DNA from: Mustelus asterias
Taxonomy: Eukaryota
Direction: 5' to 3'
Length of the DNA: 64,000 bases
Assembly: GCF_964213995.1 (NCBI RefSeq)
Contig: NC_135806.1
Span: 82,026,001 to 82,090,000, forward strand
Below, one piece after another: positions 36,270 through 48,710 of the stretch. The stretch's first letter is position 1. Every line of letters begins with the position of its first letter. The position numbers were made by a program, and so were the translations under genes. The notes beneath the pieces are model-generated. The model saw nothing but the letters and a program-made list of their open reading frames with translations. It did no database searches and had not been told where the DNA came from.

Positions 36270-36960
36270 AATGAGCGTGAGTGGGGTAAGTGGATAGGGT
36301 ACCAGCTGGGTAGGATGACAAGGTGGTTAAGGTGTCAGGGTGGGTAAGTGATGGGATGGATAAGTTGGCATGGTGGTGAAGTTAGCTCGGGGAGAGTTGG
36401 AGGGTCAGGGGGGTTCAGAGTATTTGTGGGGTGGTCGGAGGACAATTGAAGGGTTGGGGGTGTAGTTGGAGGGTCAGAGGGAGTCAGTGGGCCAGGGGAG
36501 GTTGAGGTGTCATGGGGGAGTCAGGCGGTCCTCCTCCAGTATTGACTCTCTTCTTCCAGCTTCCAGAATCTCCCAACTCCCTCCAAACGCTTGCCCCTCC
36601 CTGCGGGGAGTTTGGGAGGGGGAGGCAGTGGAAGTGGTGGGCTGTGGTGAAGTTGGGAGGGGGAGATGAAAGAGGGTGGGGATGGGGAGGGTTGGAGGAG
36701 GTGAAAGAGAGGGGGTGGAGGAAAGGGGAAACTGGAAGGGAGAGGAGGGGTGGGGATGAATGGAGAGGGTGGAAAGAAGGAGGCGGGGAAAAGAATGGAG
36801 GGGGTGAGGAAGAGGTGGGGAAGTGGGGGAGAGGAAGGGGTGGGGAGATGGGGAATGAAGGGAGGGGAGAAGGGTGAGGGGAATAAGAGGTATGTGGTGG
36901 GGAATAATGTGCATGCTGGGAGGAAGGTTTGGTTCGGGTGTCGTGGGGGAGGGTGTGTGA
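36270..36960 (+). repeat. G-rich / polypurine tract
   Basis: Almost only G and A over about 36650-36890. Confidence 0.85.
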
Positions 36961-37035
36961 TACTGCATATATAATCAGCTGGGACTTAGAAAAATGTTGG
37001 CTGTATGAAGTGGCATTTTGCCTTGCCCACTGCAG

Positions 37036-37110
37036 GACAGCATATAGTGACAATGATGTAGAATATGACTTTACACCCGTCTGGTTCTATGTGAAAATTA
37101 TAGCTAAATG
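37036..37110 (+). CDS. Candidate 75-nt symmetric coding exon of an unidentified host gene
   Basis: Acceptor ttttgccttgcccactgcag, donor tg|gtcagt; only one open frame, TAYSDNDVEYDFTPVWFYVKIIAK; protein not recognised. Confidence 0.25.
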
Positions 37111-37158
37111 GTCAGTTCTGAGTGAAAATGAAATAGAATGATAGCTTCTGAATGCCAG

Positions 37159-37497
37159 TAATCATAGAATCATAGAAACCCTACAGTACAGAAAGAGGCC
37201 ATTTGGCCCATCGAGTCTGCACCGACCACAATCCCACCCAGGCACTACCCCATATCCACCCACTAATCCCTCTAACCTACGCATCTCAGGACACTAAGGG
37301 GCAATTTTAGCATGGCCAATCAACCTAACCCGCACATCTTTGGACTGTGGGAGGAAACCGGAGCACCCGGAGGAAACCCACGCAGACACGAGGAGAATGT
37401 GCAAACTCCACACAGACAGTGACCCAAAACAGGAATCGAACCCGGGTCCCTGGAGCTGTGCAGCAGCAGTGCTAACCACTGTGCTACCGTGCCGCCC
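37159..37497 (-). mobile_element. Young HE1-like V-SINE, tail type A
   Basis: Close match to the 19060-19404 copy. Confidence 0.93.
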
Positions 37498-38531
37498 TGT
37501 CAAGTAATGACAAAATGATTGCAGTTGAGGACACTTGAAATCAAATGATATGTAAAATTTCAGGTAGGGAACGCAAACCAGAGTTTTGTGCCGTTTGTAG
37601 GACTTCGGTTCCATTTTGATGTATCAATCGGCTTTGAACCACATGGTACACAGTGGCACATGTCATTGAACCACCAAACCAGTCGTCCTGGAAGGCTGCA
37701 AGTCATTTGAAAAAAGTGAAGGAAAGAAAAAGATTGTAAATTTTTTCTTGAGAGGCCAGCTTAATTCTTCTGACCCCCATAAAAAGCTGCCAAGTCCCTC
37801 ACTCGTGATCACCTTCCTCTCACTTAAGCTGCACTGGAACCATCAGATTCTCATCCTTTTAGAGTAGCAAGCTGCTCGAAAAGCATGAATAACTCAATAA
37901 GAGAATGCAAATAAAGGCTGACAATGAAATGATTCAGGCCTCCAGCCACTTCCATTGAGTAGGCAGCGGCTTGCTTCATCCACCACTCACCTGCTAGAAG
38001 TAGTCACGTGAAAATCAACCCCATTGATTGGTTATCCATTATTAATCATTGAAGTTATTAGAGGTTGATTTACAAATGACTTATAGCGTTTGAGTTTCAC
38101 TTTATGTCACCAGCATTTACTTCATTTGAAATCTGCAGCTAAAACAAGCATTGATTGACATCATCAGATGGGTAAAATCACTCTCTGTGGCATATTAACT
38201 GAAATAGCGAAGTGATGTATATTCGGGGAGGGCGTTAACCACCCTATTTTGCAAATTTGAAACGAAAGGAAAGCGCATCAATCCTCTAGAACAATTATTT
38301 TCCATTTGTTCCTCCTGGCAGAATCTTCCGCTCCTGCTGAAGGCGACCCCCCCACCCCCTGCCCCCACCATGACCACTATCACCACCACCACCACCACCA
38401 CATCAGATGCCCTGGTGGCAGGATGGACAAGCCACACAAAACTCTGTAGACATCGGCAGGACGGGAAGATCCAACTCCCACCTGCATCGCTGGAAAACAG
38501 TGGGGAGGGGAGCCAGAAAATCCCACCCAAT

Positions 38532-38710
38532 GTCATAGAATCATCATAGAACCCCATACAGAGCAGGAGGCATTCAGCCCATCAAGTCTGCACAGACCAC
38601 AATCCAACCCAGGCCCTATTCCCGTAACCCCCTACATATTTACCCTGCTAATCCCCTGATACTAGGGTCGATTTAACCTGGCCAATTAACCTAACCCGCA
38701 CATCTTTGGA
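38532..38710 (-). mobile_element. HE1-like SINE 3' half
   Basis: Tail type A and partial core. Confidence 0.8.
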
Positions 38711-41653
38711 TGTCACTAGCTTCCATGCGAATGCGTATTTATTTATATTCAAGATTCATATTTGAGATATAAATGAATATTGGACATTATTGTCCCGTTG
38801 TAAGTATATTTTAACAAAGTGAATCTTATCTTGCTTCCTGTTTGGTTAAAAGCACTTGCTCTGTGCATGGGTCTCAATTTCTTACAATTTCGATACCCAG
38901 GAATTGTCATCAAATAAAGGATGGTAATAATATTATAAATAGTTGAACTTAAAGCCAGGGTAGATATTCAAGTTGCATAGCAGTAAGAGTATCCTTTTCC
39001 CCCATTTTGTTGCCTTCTCCTAACTAACTCTCTTGCTGCACTGACTATGTTTCATTCCTCACTCAAGTAGCCCTTCTTTATGTTTAAATCTAGGCAATGA
39101 TTGATGGATTTGAAGATAATAGAGGATATTGAAGCTCGGCCCAATCTTGTCCTCATCTGACATTCAAACCGTGCTTATGCGCTTGGATATCAATCAGAAG
39201 CAGGAGGGCACTCTGATTGTTCCTCCCTCCCTGGCCTATTGCATTATTTTATCTGATAGCGTCAGCTGCATCATTTGAAGTTGCAGCAATAACCATAAGG
39301 AGCTCAGTCTGATACTCAGATTCCGGTATTCACACATAAAGTAGATGATTTGCTTCTTCGTGTTTGGACTAGTCATTTTGACTACTCTTGTCCGAGGTTA
39401 TATTCATAAAATAGTTTAATGGTTAAGATTTACTGACTGCATAGCAGTAAAATGTTGCTGATAACTTCACTTCCAAGGTCTTTACAGCAAGCACCGAGTT
39501 ACGTGATGATCACGCACTGATAGGGCAGAGTGTTTCCAGCTTAGTCGCTGCTGATACGGCAGAAACAGTGTGAGTGGCACGGGAGGAAGGGGGTGGGGGT
39601 GGTGACAGTCCTCCAAAGTGAGACACTAAGATGGCCCACCTGGTTTATCAGAGTCTTTTCCTGGAAGCTGAAGAAACCTGTGTGAAAACCTGAAGCTCGA
39701 GAGGCATTGGTGCTCATACACGTCAAGAGAGCTGATTCTCTGCCTGTAGACAGCGTCAAAGTCTCACCTTGACAAACACCTCGATCTGTGTCTCTAATCC
39801 TTTGCCAAGTGAAGGTGGAATGTGGCTAAGGAGAAGGGAGTTGGTGCTGCCCTTGGTGTCTTTTGTGGCTGGTACAGACAAATACCTATTTTTTTACCCT
39901 GAATTTTCTACGCTTCTGTGGGCTGAATTGTACAGGGCATCAGATACCGCAACCCCAGCTACAAAGTCAGGGGAAGCAAGTCAAGGAAAACACCAGCTAT
40001 CCTGCAGCGATATAATGGCCAGTTGGCCGTTAAAAGGTCAGGGGTGTAACTTCCACCCTTCTGCATTAGGAAGTTCTATCTCAAAGATCTGGTAGCCAAT
40101 CAGAGGCCAGCAGCTGTCCTGTACCAGCAGCACCCCCGGAAGCAGTGGCCATTACCAGTACTACAATCGGGGCTTGTGAAGGTGCGCTGCAGTGGATCCG
40201 GATCAACAGATGAGTCAGGGGTCGCCCTGGGTGCCAATCTGGCGGGCCTCAGTGTGGGGGAGGCTCTGGAAGGAGAGGAAGGGGATGGTAATATCTTGGT
40301 GAGGCCCCCTGATGGGCCCAATGGGTTAAACAGTTACCACCCCTTGCAGTCCAACCAATCCGCACAGGGGGACTTGCCAGGCTGAGCGTCTAACGTGGGC
40401 CTCTGTCACCACTGGTTAAATCCCAACAGTGGGATGAAGCCCTTAAATAGGCATTAATTGCTCACTCAGTAGTTTCAATTGAGGCACTGGCAGATGGGCC
40501 ACCCTCCATCACCACTTCATAAATTGCTGCGGTGGCTGGGGTGGGTGTGTTGGCAGGAGGAATGCCGCCCACTGGATTTTACTTAGGAACACCCACAATA
40601 CTTTTAGGGAGGAAGTGCCAGGAATTTGACCCAGCAGTGGTGAAGGAACGGCAATAGAAGGAGTGGTTTTGAGCCCGCACTCTATGTGAGGTCAGGGCAG
40701 AGAGTGCACAAAACCTAGAGAGACTCGGAAAATGTGATTCCCACCGATGAGATTCCGATTTCAGATTTTCCAGCCCCCTCACCAGCAGAGGGGTCTGAAA
40801 CACGCTGCCGGACCCCAGGAAGCTCATTTTAAAACACCAACATGTCATGAGTGAGCACTCTTTCCAAACCATTCACCCCTCGCCCCCAATCTTCACTGGA
40901 TATTCTACAGGCACTGGCACCATTTACAACTGCTCTACTTAAGTGTGAACTTGGCGCCTTCACCTCTGAGAGGAATTGTGCAGGCAAGCTGCAGGCAGAC
41001 TGCACCCACCAGGGTGTTTAACGCTCAGGGGACACCGGGAAGGACTTAGGGGACACATAAGTTCAACTCAGGGCCTCAGGTGGGGATCCCAGAATCACCA
41101 TCTCGGGGAGAAGGGTTGAGAGGGTCACTTGGGGATCTTACCTTCCCTTCACGCCAGGGCACCCCTTGCTTTAAAGGGGTTGTGAAGGCTGGTATGCAGG
41201 CAGCGCTTCCCGTGTCACCCATCCTGAGTTCCTGTCCATATTGCAGCTCAGGGAGTGTCCTTCCTTAGTGGGGGCTGGCCAGAGGGTGGGTGGGCTTGAA
41301 GAGGCTCAGCGCTGAGGGTGACTGTGAATTACTCGGGTAGGTTCCCAAGAGAGCCTGTGCTGTCAGGGCAGAGTGGGGGAATCAGGAATGGGCTGTGTCT
41401 CCCCTCATGCAGCCTGAGGGGCCTCACATGCGGGGAAGGATGACTGCAGTATGAATAGAACCCACACTTGGGCAGCAGTGTCAGGGCAAAGGGGAGAAGC
41501 TGTCCGCAATTCCCAAATCAATTGCAGGGATGCTTGAATGTAACGGTAGTGTTTTATTACAGATGGGTTTCACATTTTAGAAAAAGAGTCGGAGGAATTT
41601 TCTTCCCGTATGTTTTTGCTTGGCCTCTTCATGGTCCACAATGCCAGCTGGGG

Positions 41654-41971
41654 TCATTCATAGAATCATAGAATCCTTATAATGCAGGAAGAGACCATTC
41701 AGCCCATCCAGCCTGCAGTGACAACAATCCCACCCAGGCCTGTAACCCACATATTTTCTCTGCTAATCACTAAGGGGCAATTTAGCAAGGCCAATCCACC
41801 GAACCTGCAGATCTTTGCACTGTGGGGGGAAATCGGAGCACCCGGAGGAAACCCATGGAGGCATGGGGAGAACGTACAAACTTCACACAGACAGTTACCT
41901 AAGGCCGGAATTGATCCTGGTTCCCTGGCGCTGTGAGGCAGCAGTGCTAACCACCATGCCACCACGCCGCC
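41654..41971 (-). mobile_element. HE1-like V-SINE, tail type A
   Basis: Family sequence. Confidence 0.88.
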
Positions 41972-42577
41972 CATTGGAACAAGATACCCAAACAGACGGG
42001 AAGGCAATAGACCATTTTGCCACCTTTCTAGCTCATTTACTTGAACATCAAATCTGGGGCTATTGACACCGCACTCGTTCAGTCTGCCTGTGAGATTGAC
42101 AATTATTTTCTCATCCTTGTGGCCACCAGTAATCTCAAGGTAGATCTCAATAGGTCATGGAAAGATGCTCAGCTCTGCACCTCCTGTGACCTGGGAGAAA
42201 CAGGGTGCTCTCTAGGAATGCACTGGACATGCTAATTGCTGGCGTCGCATGATGCAGCTGTGCCTCATCTGCCACAAGAGGAAGTCCTCTCCTTACTAGT
42301 GATTTATGTCAATAAATTCTGTACAGCTAAAAATCACTGCCATTTATTGGAGGCCACCTGTTAACCCTTTGCAAGCATAAGTCCCAAGCTTTGAGCTGAG
42401 ATTCCCAGAAAGGCTGCAACGTCACACAGAAAACACTGATGTGTCCCACTATGCAAGGCGTGATGGAGATGTCTATCATCACGCACCCCATTCAAGGTCA
42501 TGAAGGGTTGCATCATTGAGGTCCCCCACCAGGATACAAACACCGGTCACATGCAGCCACTCAGCTGTCCGCTAATG

Positions 42578-42734
42578 TAACCAGCACATCTTTCAGACTT
42601 TGGGAGGAAACCAGAGCACCCAGAGGAAACCCACGCAGACACAGGGAGAGCATGCAGATTCCACGCAGACAGTGACTCAAGCCAGGTCCCTGACACTGTG
42701 AGGCAGCAGTGCTAACCACTCTGCCACTGTGCCA
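42578..42734 (-). mobile_element. HE1-like SINE 5' half
   Basis: Head and core only. Confidence 0.85.
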
Positions 42735-45700
42735 CTGATTAGAACCAATCAAACCAGACTGGAAGAAAGTTATCCTTGATTACAAGGGACAAGGCAGAAG
42801 AAGTTTCCTCCTGATGCCACCCTTGTTGTACTCCCACGGACTGTCCCTCCCTGACATTATTCATCCTCTGTACCACAGTACAATTGCTGGCAAGATTAAA
42901 TTTCTGTCTTTTTCAGTTCAGTTTTTGACAGAAACTGAATAATGATATACAAACTGGATAACACATATCTCTAATACAGAAATGACTTTCAATAGATGGA
43001 GGTATAATAGACAGCTGTTCTGTCTCTGGCATGGCTGTGAAAGCTCACATCTACCCCCAATGATTTTAATGTTAATATGCTTATTTCATTCCTTATGTCA
43101 TGAATTTTGTTTGTGAGATGTGAGGGAAACCTTAAAGAAAACTTTAGCTTTAGTTTTCTCACTGGATTTGGCAACTGACCAAGATTGCCTTTTTAAACAA
43201 ATCTTGAAGTCATACATATTTCAAATCTAAAAATAATTGTACTTTTTAACGCAAGCAAATGATTAATCTAACTGAACAATGCTGAACCTTCAATATCATT
43301 ACAGTACAAAATTCCAGAATTTACTATGTTCACTCTTTAGTGCAAGTAAAATTGCAATGACTTTCCCTCTTTGTGAGCTCTCTCTTATATGGCGTTCCAG
43401 CAGTTATTTCAATTTTAGCAGAGAAAAGAAAATTATTCTGCATCCCAGTATGATATCCTTTAAATTACTGCAGCAGCATTCAGCAATGCTGTCCCCGTGC
43501 ACATGAGCTCTTGGATGCAATCCATTGATTACGCAGAAGCTGACCTCTCACAGATAACTTGGCGCCAAGGCAGAAGTTAACACAAGAATCATCACATATA
43601 GTATGTCAACAAGTTCCGCTGTGCACCATTCCTCAGTATTACTTGTTCTGAATTTATGATCTTTATTTCTGTCCTGTGTCACTTCTGTTTGTGCTTTTCT
43701 CTCTCATAAAAGGTACTTCTTTCCATCATTTTTTCTCTCTCTTGTTCGCATTTGCTTTTTCCAGCAAAGTAAGAGTACAGCATGAATAGAATTCTGTTTT
43801 TCACACAGGTATTTAATATGTACCTTGTAGAGATGTGCCTCCATTTCTGCCTCCTGGATCTTTTATTGTTTATCTTCCTTCCCCTTTTTTTCTCTTCCCT
43901 TTTTCCTGTGGAAGGGGTAGTAGCAGCAGCATTGGAATTCATCTGCTGATGGACAGAGGTTTGTGTGATTGAAATTCCCCAAGCATCAGGAACAATTTCA
44001 ATGCCCTCACTTTTCATGACTTCTAAAAAAAAAATCAAGGTCAATGGTCTGGATTTTCAGGCAGTTGGGACAATTCCGGAACCAATTAAAAATTGTGAGC
44101 GAGACCTGATCCCGGATTCCTGCCTGCATTCCCAGTGCCCCCAAGTTTTGCTGGCATGGGATAAGAGTGCAGGTAGCAGGCCTGCACAAGGCACACTGGA
44201 CCTGCTGGCTCCATTGTGGGATAGGCACCTGGTAGCCCCTGCAACTTTCATGGTCTCAAGGTTCATAGCCCTCAGAAGTGCTGTGAGCCATAATCTGGAT
44301 TTGGGAACCTTTTGAATGGTAAATTCAAAAGATTTTACCCATGCCCCTACTATATTCCTCATGCACCTTCCATTTCAACTCATGCCTTCAGCATCTCCCA
44401 AGAGCCCTTATAACACTATGCCAACTCATGGCCCCTCCATGTCCATTCATCCAGTAGACTGTCCAGTGCTACTCAGAATCCTGACATCTATCTTGGGCTG
44501 AGAGCCCAGACTCATTCAATGATTATCTCAGTCGGGGTTGTGATTTGACAACTGAAGTGAATTATTGGCTTTCTTGATTGACACCTTTACTTGGTTATAA
44601 TAACTTGTTCTTTCTGTGATCTCTTTTGTTAAATGTCTCAACGTTTATTTGCGCAAGACTAAGGGGTGCTAAATGCTAAATACCTCTATTATCAGTATTT
44701 TAAAGGCCTTTAGCGTTGTGGAAACAGCAATTTTTTAAAAAGAAGATTTATGAATGGATTCTTTTTCTGACTATATAGTAACATGCCATTGTTACTATAT
44801 ATGCCATTGTTACTATAGAGCTCATCCGTTCTATACATAGAATATCCTGTGTAAATGTGCATGGAAGATCCAGGAGTTGGCACAGAGGGTATAAGGGGCC
44901 ATGAATTGGTGTGGGGATATGAGGTTCGTGGGAGTTGCATGGTAGGCATGAGTTGTCATGGAGGTGGCACTCATCATGGAGTGGGCAGGGTTGTGAGGTG
45001 GCATGAAGAGGTGAGGGATAGAGGACCAAAAAACATTGGATGATGTCCCAGGTAACTAGGGCAGGACTTCGAAACAGCCTTCCTCAGCACCCGACCTCCC
45101 CCAGGGCCACCTAAACTCAGCTTCCAGGGTTCACAGGCCTGACTCCTTCCCTCACCTATCAACTCCTCCCCACCAGAGCAAATATTGCAACATTTCTACC
45201 AAGGGAGGTGGCTGGAATCAGGAAGCTTCCAGGTATCTACGATTGGTGCAATATTTTTGAGTGGGATATTCCTTTAATTATTTCAAATGAGCTTTGAACA
45301 AAACACTTTCTAAATAATTACTGTAAAAATGCCTATTACAACTAATTGCTAAAATCAATAGAGTGAAAATATTCCAGAATGAAAATCAGTGACAGGCCAG
45401 ATAAATAAATGAGCTTATTAAGATGTTTCAGATTTGGTGAATTGAAACAGAGTGCAGAACAAACACAAATTAAATACCATAAATGTAAGTAACCTCCTTT
45501 AAGAGGTTCCTTCAAATTATGCTCTGGACCATTAACTTTGGACACAGCATCACTGGGATGATGAGTGACTCAAAGCCGCTCAGTTCCCTTCCCCAGTTTC
45601 CTGCTACAGAGAGAGTATTGCAGTGAATGTCGAGTCGGAATTGAGACCATCAACTTATGAAAACATTATAAAAAGGCAGAGGAAATCAGCAGGCCGGCTG

Positions 45701-47506
45701 TTCTCTTGTTTTTATTCTCACACTATTGGGGCATCAGAACATGCAGGGCCAGAGCTTTGTGATATCTTTCTATGATCCCAGATTAATGGTCTAGGAATAC
45801 CAGGACAGAAAAAAATCAGATAACTAAACTTTCCATTTTAAAAAAATTAGAAGTTTCAGTACTGGTGTTGAGGCTGACAGAAATTTGATGAGATGTAACT
45901 TCCAACTGCATTGGCCTTTCCGTGACCTCCTCTCAATCCCAGGGCGGAGGTCATTAACATATTGGGTGGGAGATGATCACACCTGTAGTGATGGGTTAAC
46001 AGCATCTATCCAACACAATATCAAAGTGACACCCTGTTGCTCTGGGAAGGGAAGATATAGGCCTGATCAGACTGATGACAAAAAGGTAGCGAATTATTTG
46101 TTTTGCGCACACACTTTAACAGGACTTGAATCAGACATCAAGACAACAACTGACCTTTGGATTTGTCATTGTGGAGCCCAAAGAGGTTGCCCACCTGCTC
46201 TGTGCTGGTATCAGTGCCTAGGGTGAATGGTGATATATCTGACAGATTATCCCCAGTCATGCTGCAAACTGACAACGACATACTGGGGGAGGGGGAGGTG
46301 GGGGGGTGGGCAGGTTGGGGGAGGTGGGGGTGTTGTGCAGCAGGGTGCAGTGAGAGAAAGTTGGCAGTGTAAAAATCGATTGTGAGCTGATGCTTGCCGG
46401 GGTACAGTTTCACAGCCACTGCTGGCTTCCAGCCCATTGTCCAGAAAGATATTATTCACATGTGAGCCGTGACAGTAATTATCAGCAGGCTATTTGATCA
46501 CAGATCACAACAAAGCTTGTTCATGTCCTCACCTGACATTCACACATGAGCACTTTTGGCTGAATGATGGATAGCAAATAGGAGCAGGACAAGAGTTGAT
46601 TTCTCTCCCCCTTAGCCCAGGGGCCACTGAGGCCAGTTCATACCACTTTTGCTGGGATAGTTTTTCTCAGCCTAGACTGGTAACTGACCCAAGATCCTGA
46701 ACTGTGTGACTCAGTTTTGCCACCGATATAAAATTTACAAGATCTGGGCTTCAATTTTTAATTCTAGTTGCTTACAGTTCAGAAGATAATAAGAATGTGA
46801 CTGACATGCGTGACTTGATTAAGTGTGAAGAGGTTGTTAGGGGCAGTGCCTGAGTGAATCCGAAACCTTAGATAATGAATAAAACCTGGAAAATTGGCAT
46901 GCAATGTAAAACATTCTGCAGATTTGAAGCCAGGGCCATAACAATCCCTATCCTTTGTTAAGCATGATTAATAACACAGGGTGGACTGGTATCACCGACA
47001 AGTTTCTACTTATTAGCTACACTTCAACCATAACAAGATTTTGTTTATACAGTTGCTCAGGCTAGGTTCATTTTACAAGCCACCGTGATTTTATCAGACC
47101 AAATACCTACTGTTGATATACAGAGACCATCAATAACGTTTCATTGTAATTTACCAGATTGTGTGTGTTCTTCAAACCTGAAATAATATGGCCTGTGTAT
47201 CTGTAGGAAATTAAAGGGGCCCAGGTTTTTGAATAAACATTTGGCAAAACTTATTTTACTTTTAGAGGGAGAATTGCTTTAAATTCATTCATGGGATATG
47301 GGCAGCACTGACTGGTCCAGCATTTACTGCCCATCCCTAAATTGCCCTTGCTTGCTGGGCCATTTCAGAGGGCATTTAAAAGTCAACCACATTGTACAGA
47401 GTCTGGAGTCACATGTAGGCCAGACCAGTTAAGGACAACAGATTTCCTTTCCCAAAGGGCCAAATGGATTTTTTTTACAACAATCAACGATGGCTTTATG
47501 GTCATC

Positions 47507-47644
47507 GTAAAAGGTCTCACAACACCAGGTTAAAGGAGCAGCGCTCCGAAAGCTTGTGATACCAAATAAACCTGTTGAACTTTAACCTGGTGTTGTGAGA
47601 CTTCTTACCGTGCCCACCACATCCAATGCTGGCATCTCAATTTC
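47507..47644 (+). mobile_element. Penelope inverted-pLTR mini-insertion with truncated hammerhead, inside a tRNA-derived SINE
   Basis: gtaaaaggtctcacaacaccaggttaaag / ctttaacctggtgttgtgagacttcttac; ggagcagcgctccgaaagct lacks CTGANGA; tail; TSD atggtca. Confidence 0.85.
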
Positions 47645-47729
47645 ATGGTCACCATTAGACTTTTACAACATGATTCTTTAGTTTGCACCCTCCAGTGGGA
47701 AAACAGGAATGTTTCCTGCTGGCGTTAGC

Positions 47730-48710
47730 CACTCTTGTTTACGATTTACATCGATGATTTGGAGTAGGGGACCAAGTGCAGTATGTCAAAGATTGCAGAT
47801 GACACAGAGCGGTAGAGTAATGTGTGCAGAGGACACTGAACATCTGCAAAGGGATATAGATAGTCTAAGTGAGTGGGCGAGGGTCTGGCAGATGGAGTAC
47901 AATGTTGGTAAATGTGAGGTCATCCATTTTGGTAGGAATAACAGCAAAATGGACTATTATTTAAATGGTAAAAAATTGCAGCATGCTGCTGTGCAGAGGG
48001 ACCTGGGTGTCCTTGTGCAAGAATCACAAGGAGTTGGTTTGCAGGTGCAGCAGGTAATTAAGAAGGCAAATGGAATTTTGTCCTTCATTGCTAGAGGGAT
48101 GGAGTTTAAAGACAGCGAGGTTATGTTGCAACTGTGTAAAGTGCTGGTGAGGCCACACCTGGAGTACTGTGTACAGTTTTGGTCTCCTTACTTGAGAAAG
48201 GATATACTGGTGCTGGAGGGGGTGCAGAGAAGATTCACTAGGTTGATGCCGGAGTTAAGAGAGTTGGCTTATGAGGAGAGACTGTGTAGATTGGGGCTAT
48301 ACTCATTGGAATTTAGAAGAATGAGGGGAGATCTTATAGAAACATATAAGGTTATGAAGAGAATAGATAAGATAGAAGCAGGAAGGTTGTTTCCACTGGC
48401 GGGTAAAACTAGAACTAGGGGGCATGGCCTCAAAATAAGGGGGATCAGATTTAGGACTGGTTTGAGGAGGAACTTCTTTACCCAAAGGATTGTAAATCTG
48501 TGAAATGCCCAGTGAAGCATTTGAGGCGACCTCGTTTAATGTTTTTAAGGAAAAAGTAGATAGATTTTGAACAGTAAAGGAATTAAGGGTTATGGTGAGC
48601 AGGCAGGTAAGTGGAGCTGAGTCCACAAAAAGGCCAGCCATGATCTTATTGAATGGCAGAGCAGGCTTACTCCCAGAGCCTACTCCTGCTCCCAGTTGTT
48701 ATGTTCTTAT
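47730..48710 (+). mobile_element. 5'-truncated CR1 LINE
   Basis: SKIADDT, LQRDIDSLSEW..RPHLEYCVQFW..FFTQRIVNL, tail. Confidence 0.93.

Noticed and set aside
36484-37053. 189-aa Pro/Ser-rich and Gly-rich ORFs
   Set aside because: Stop-poor low-complexity purine tract
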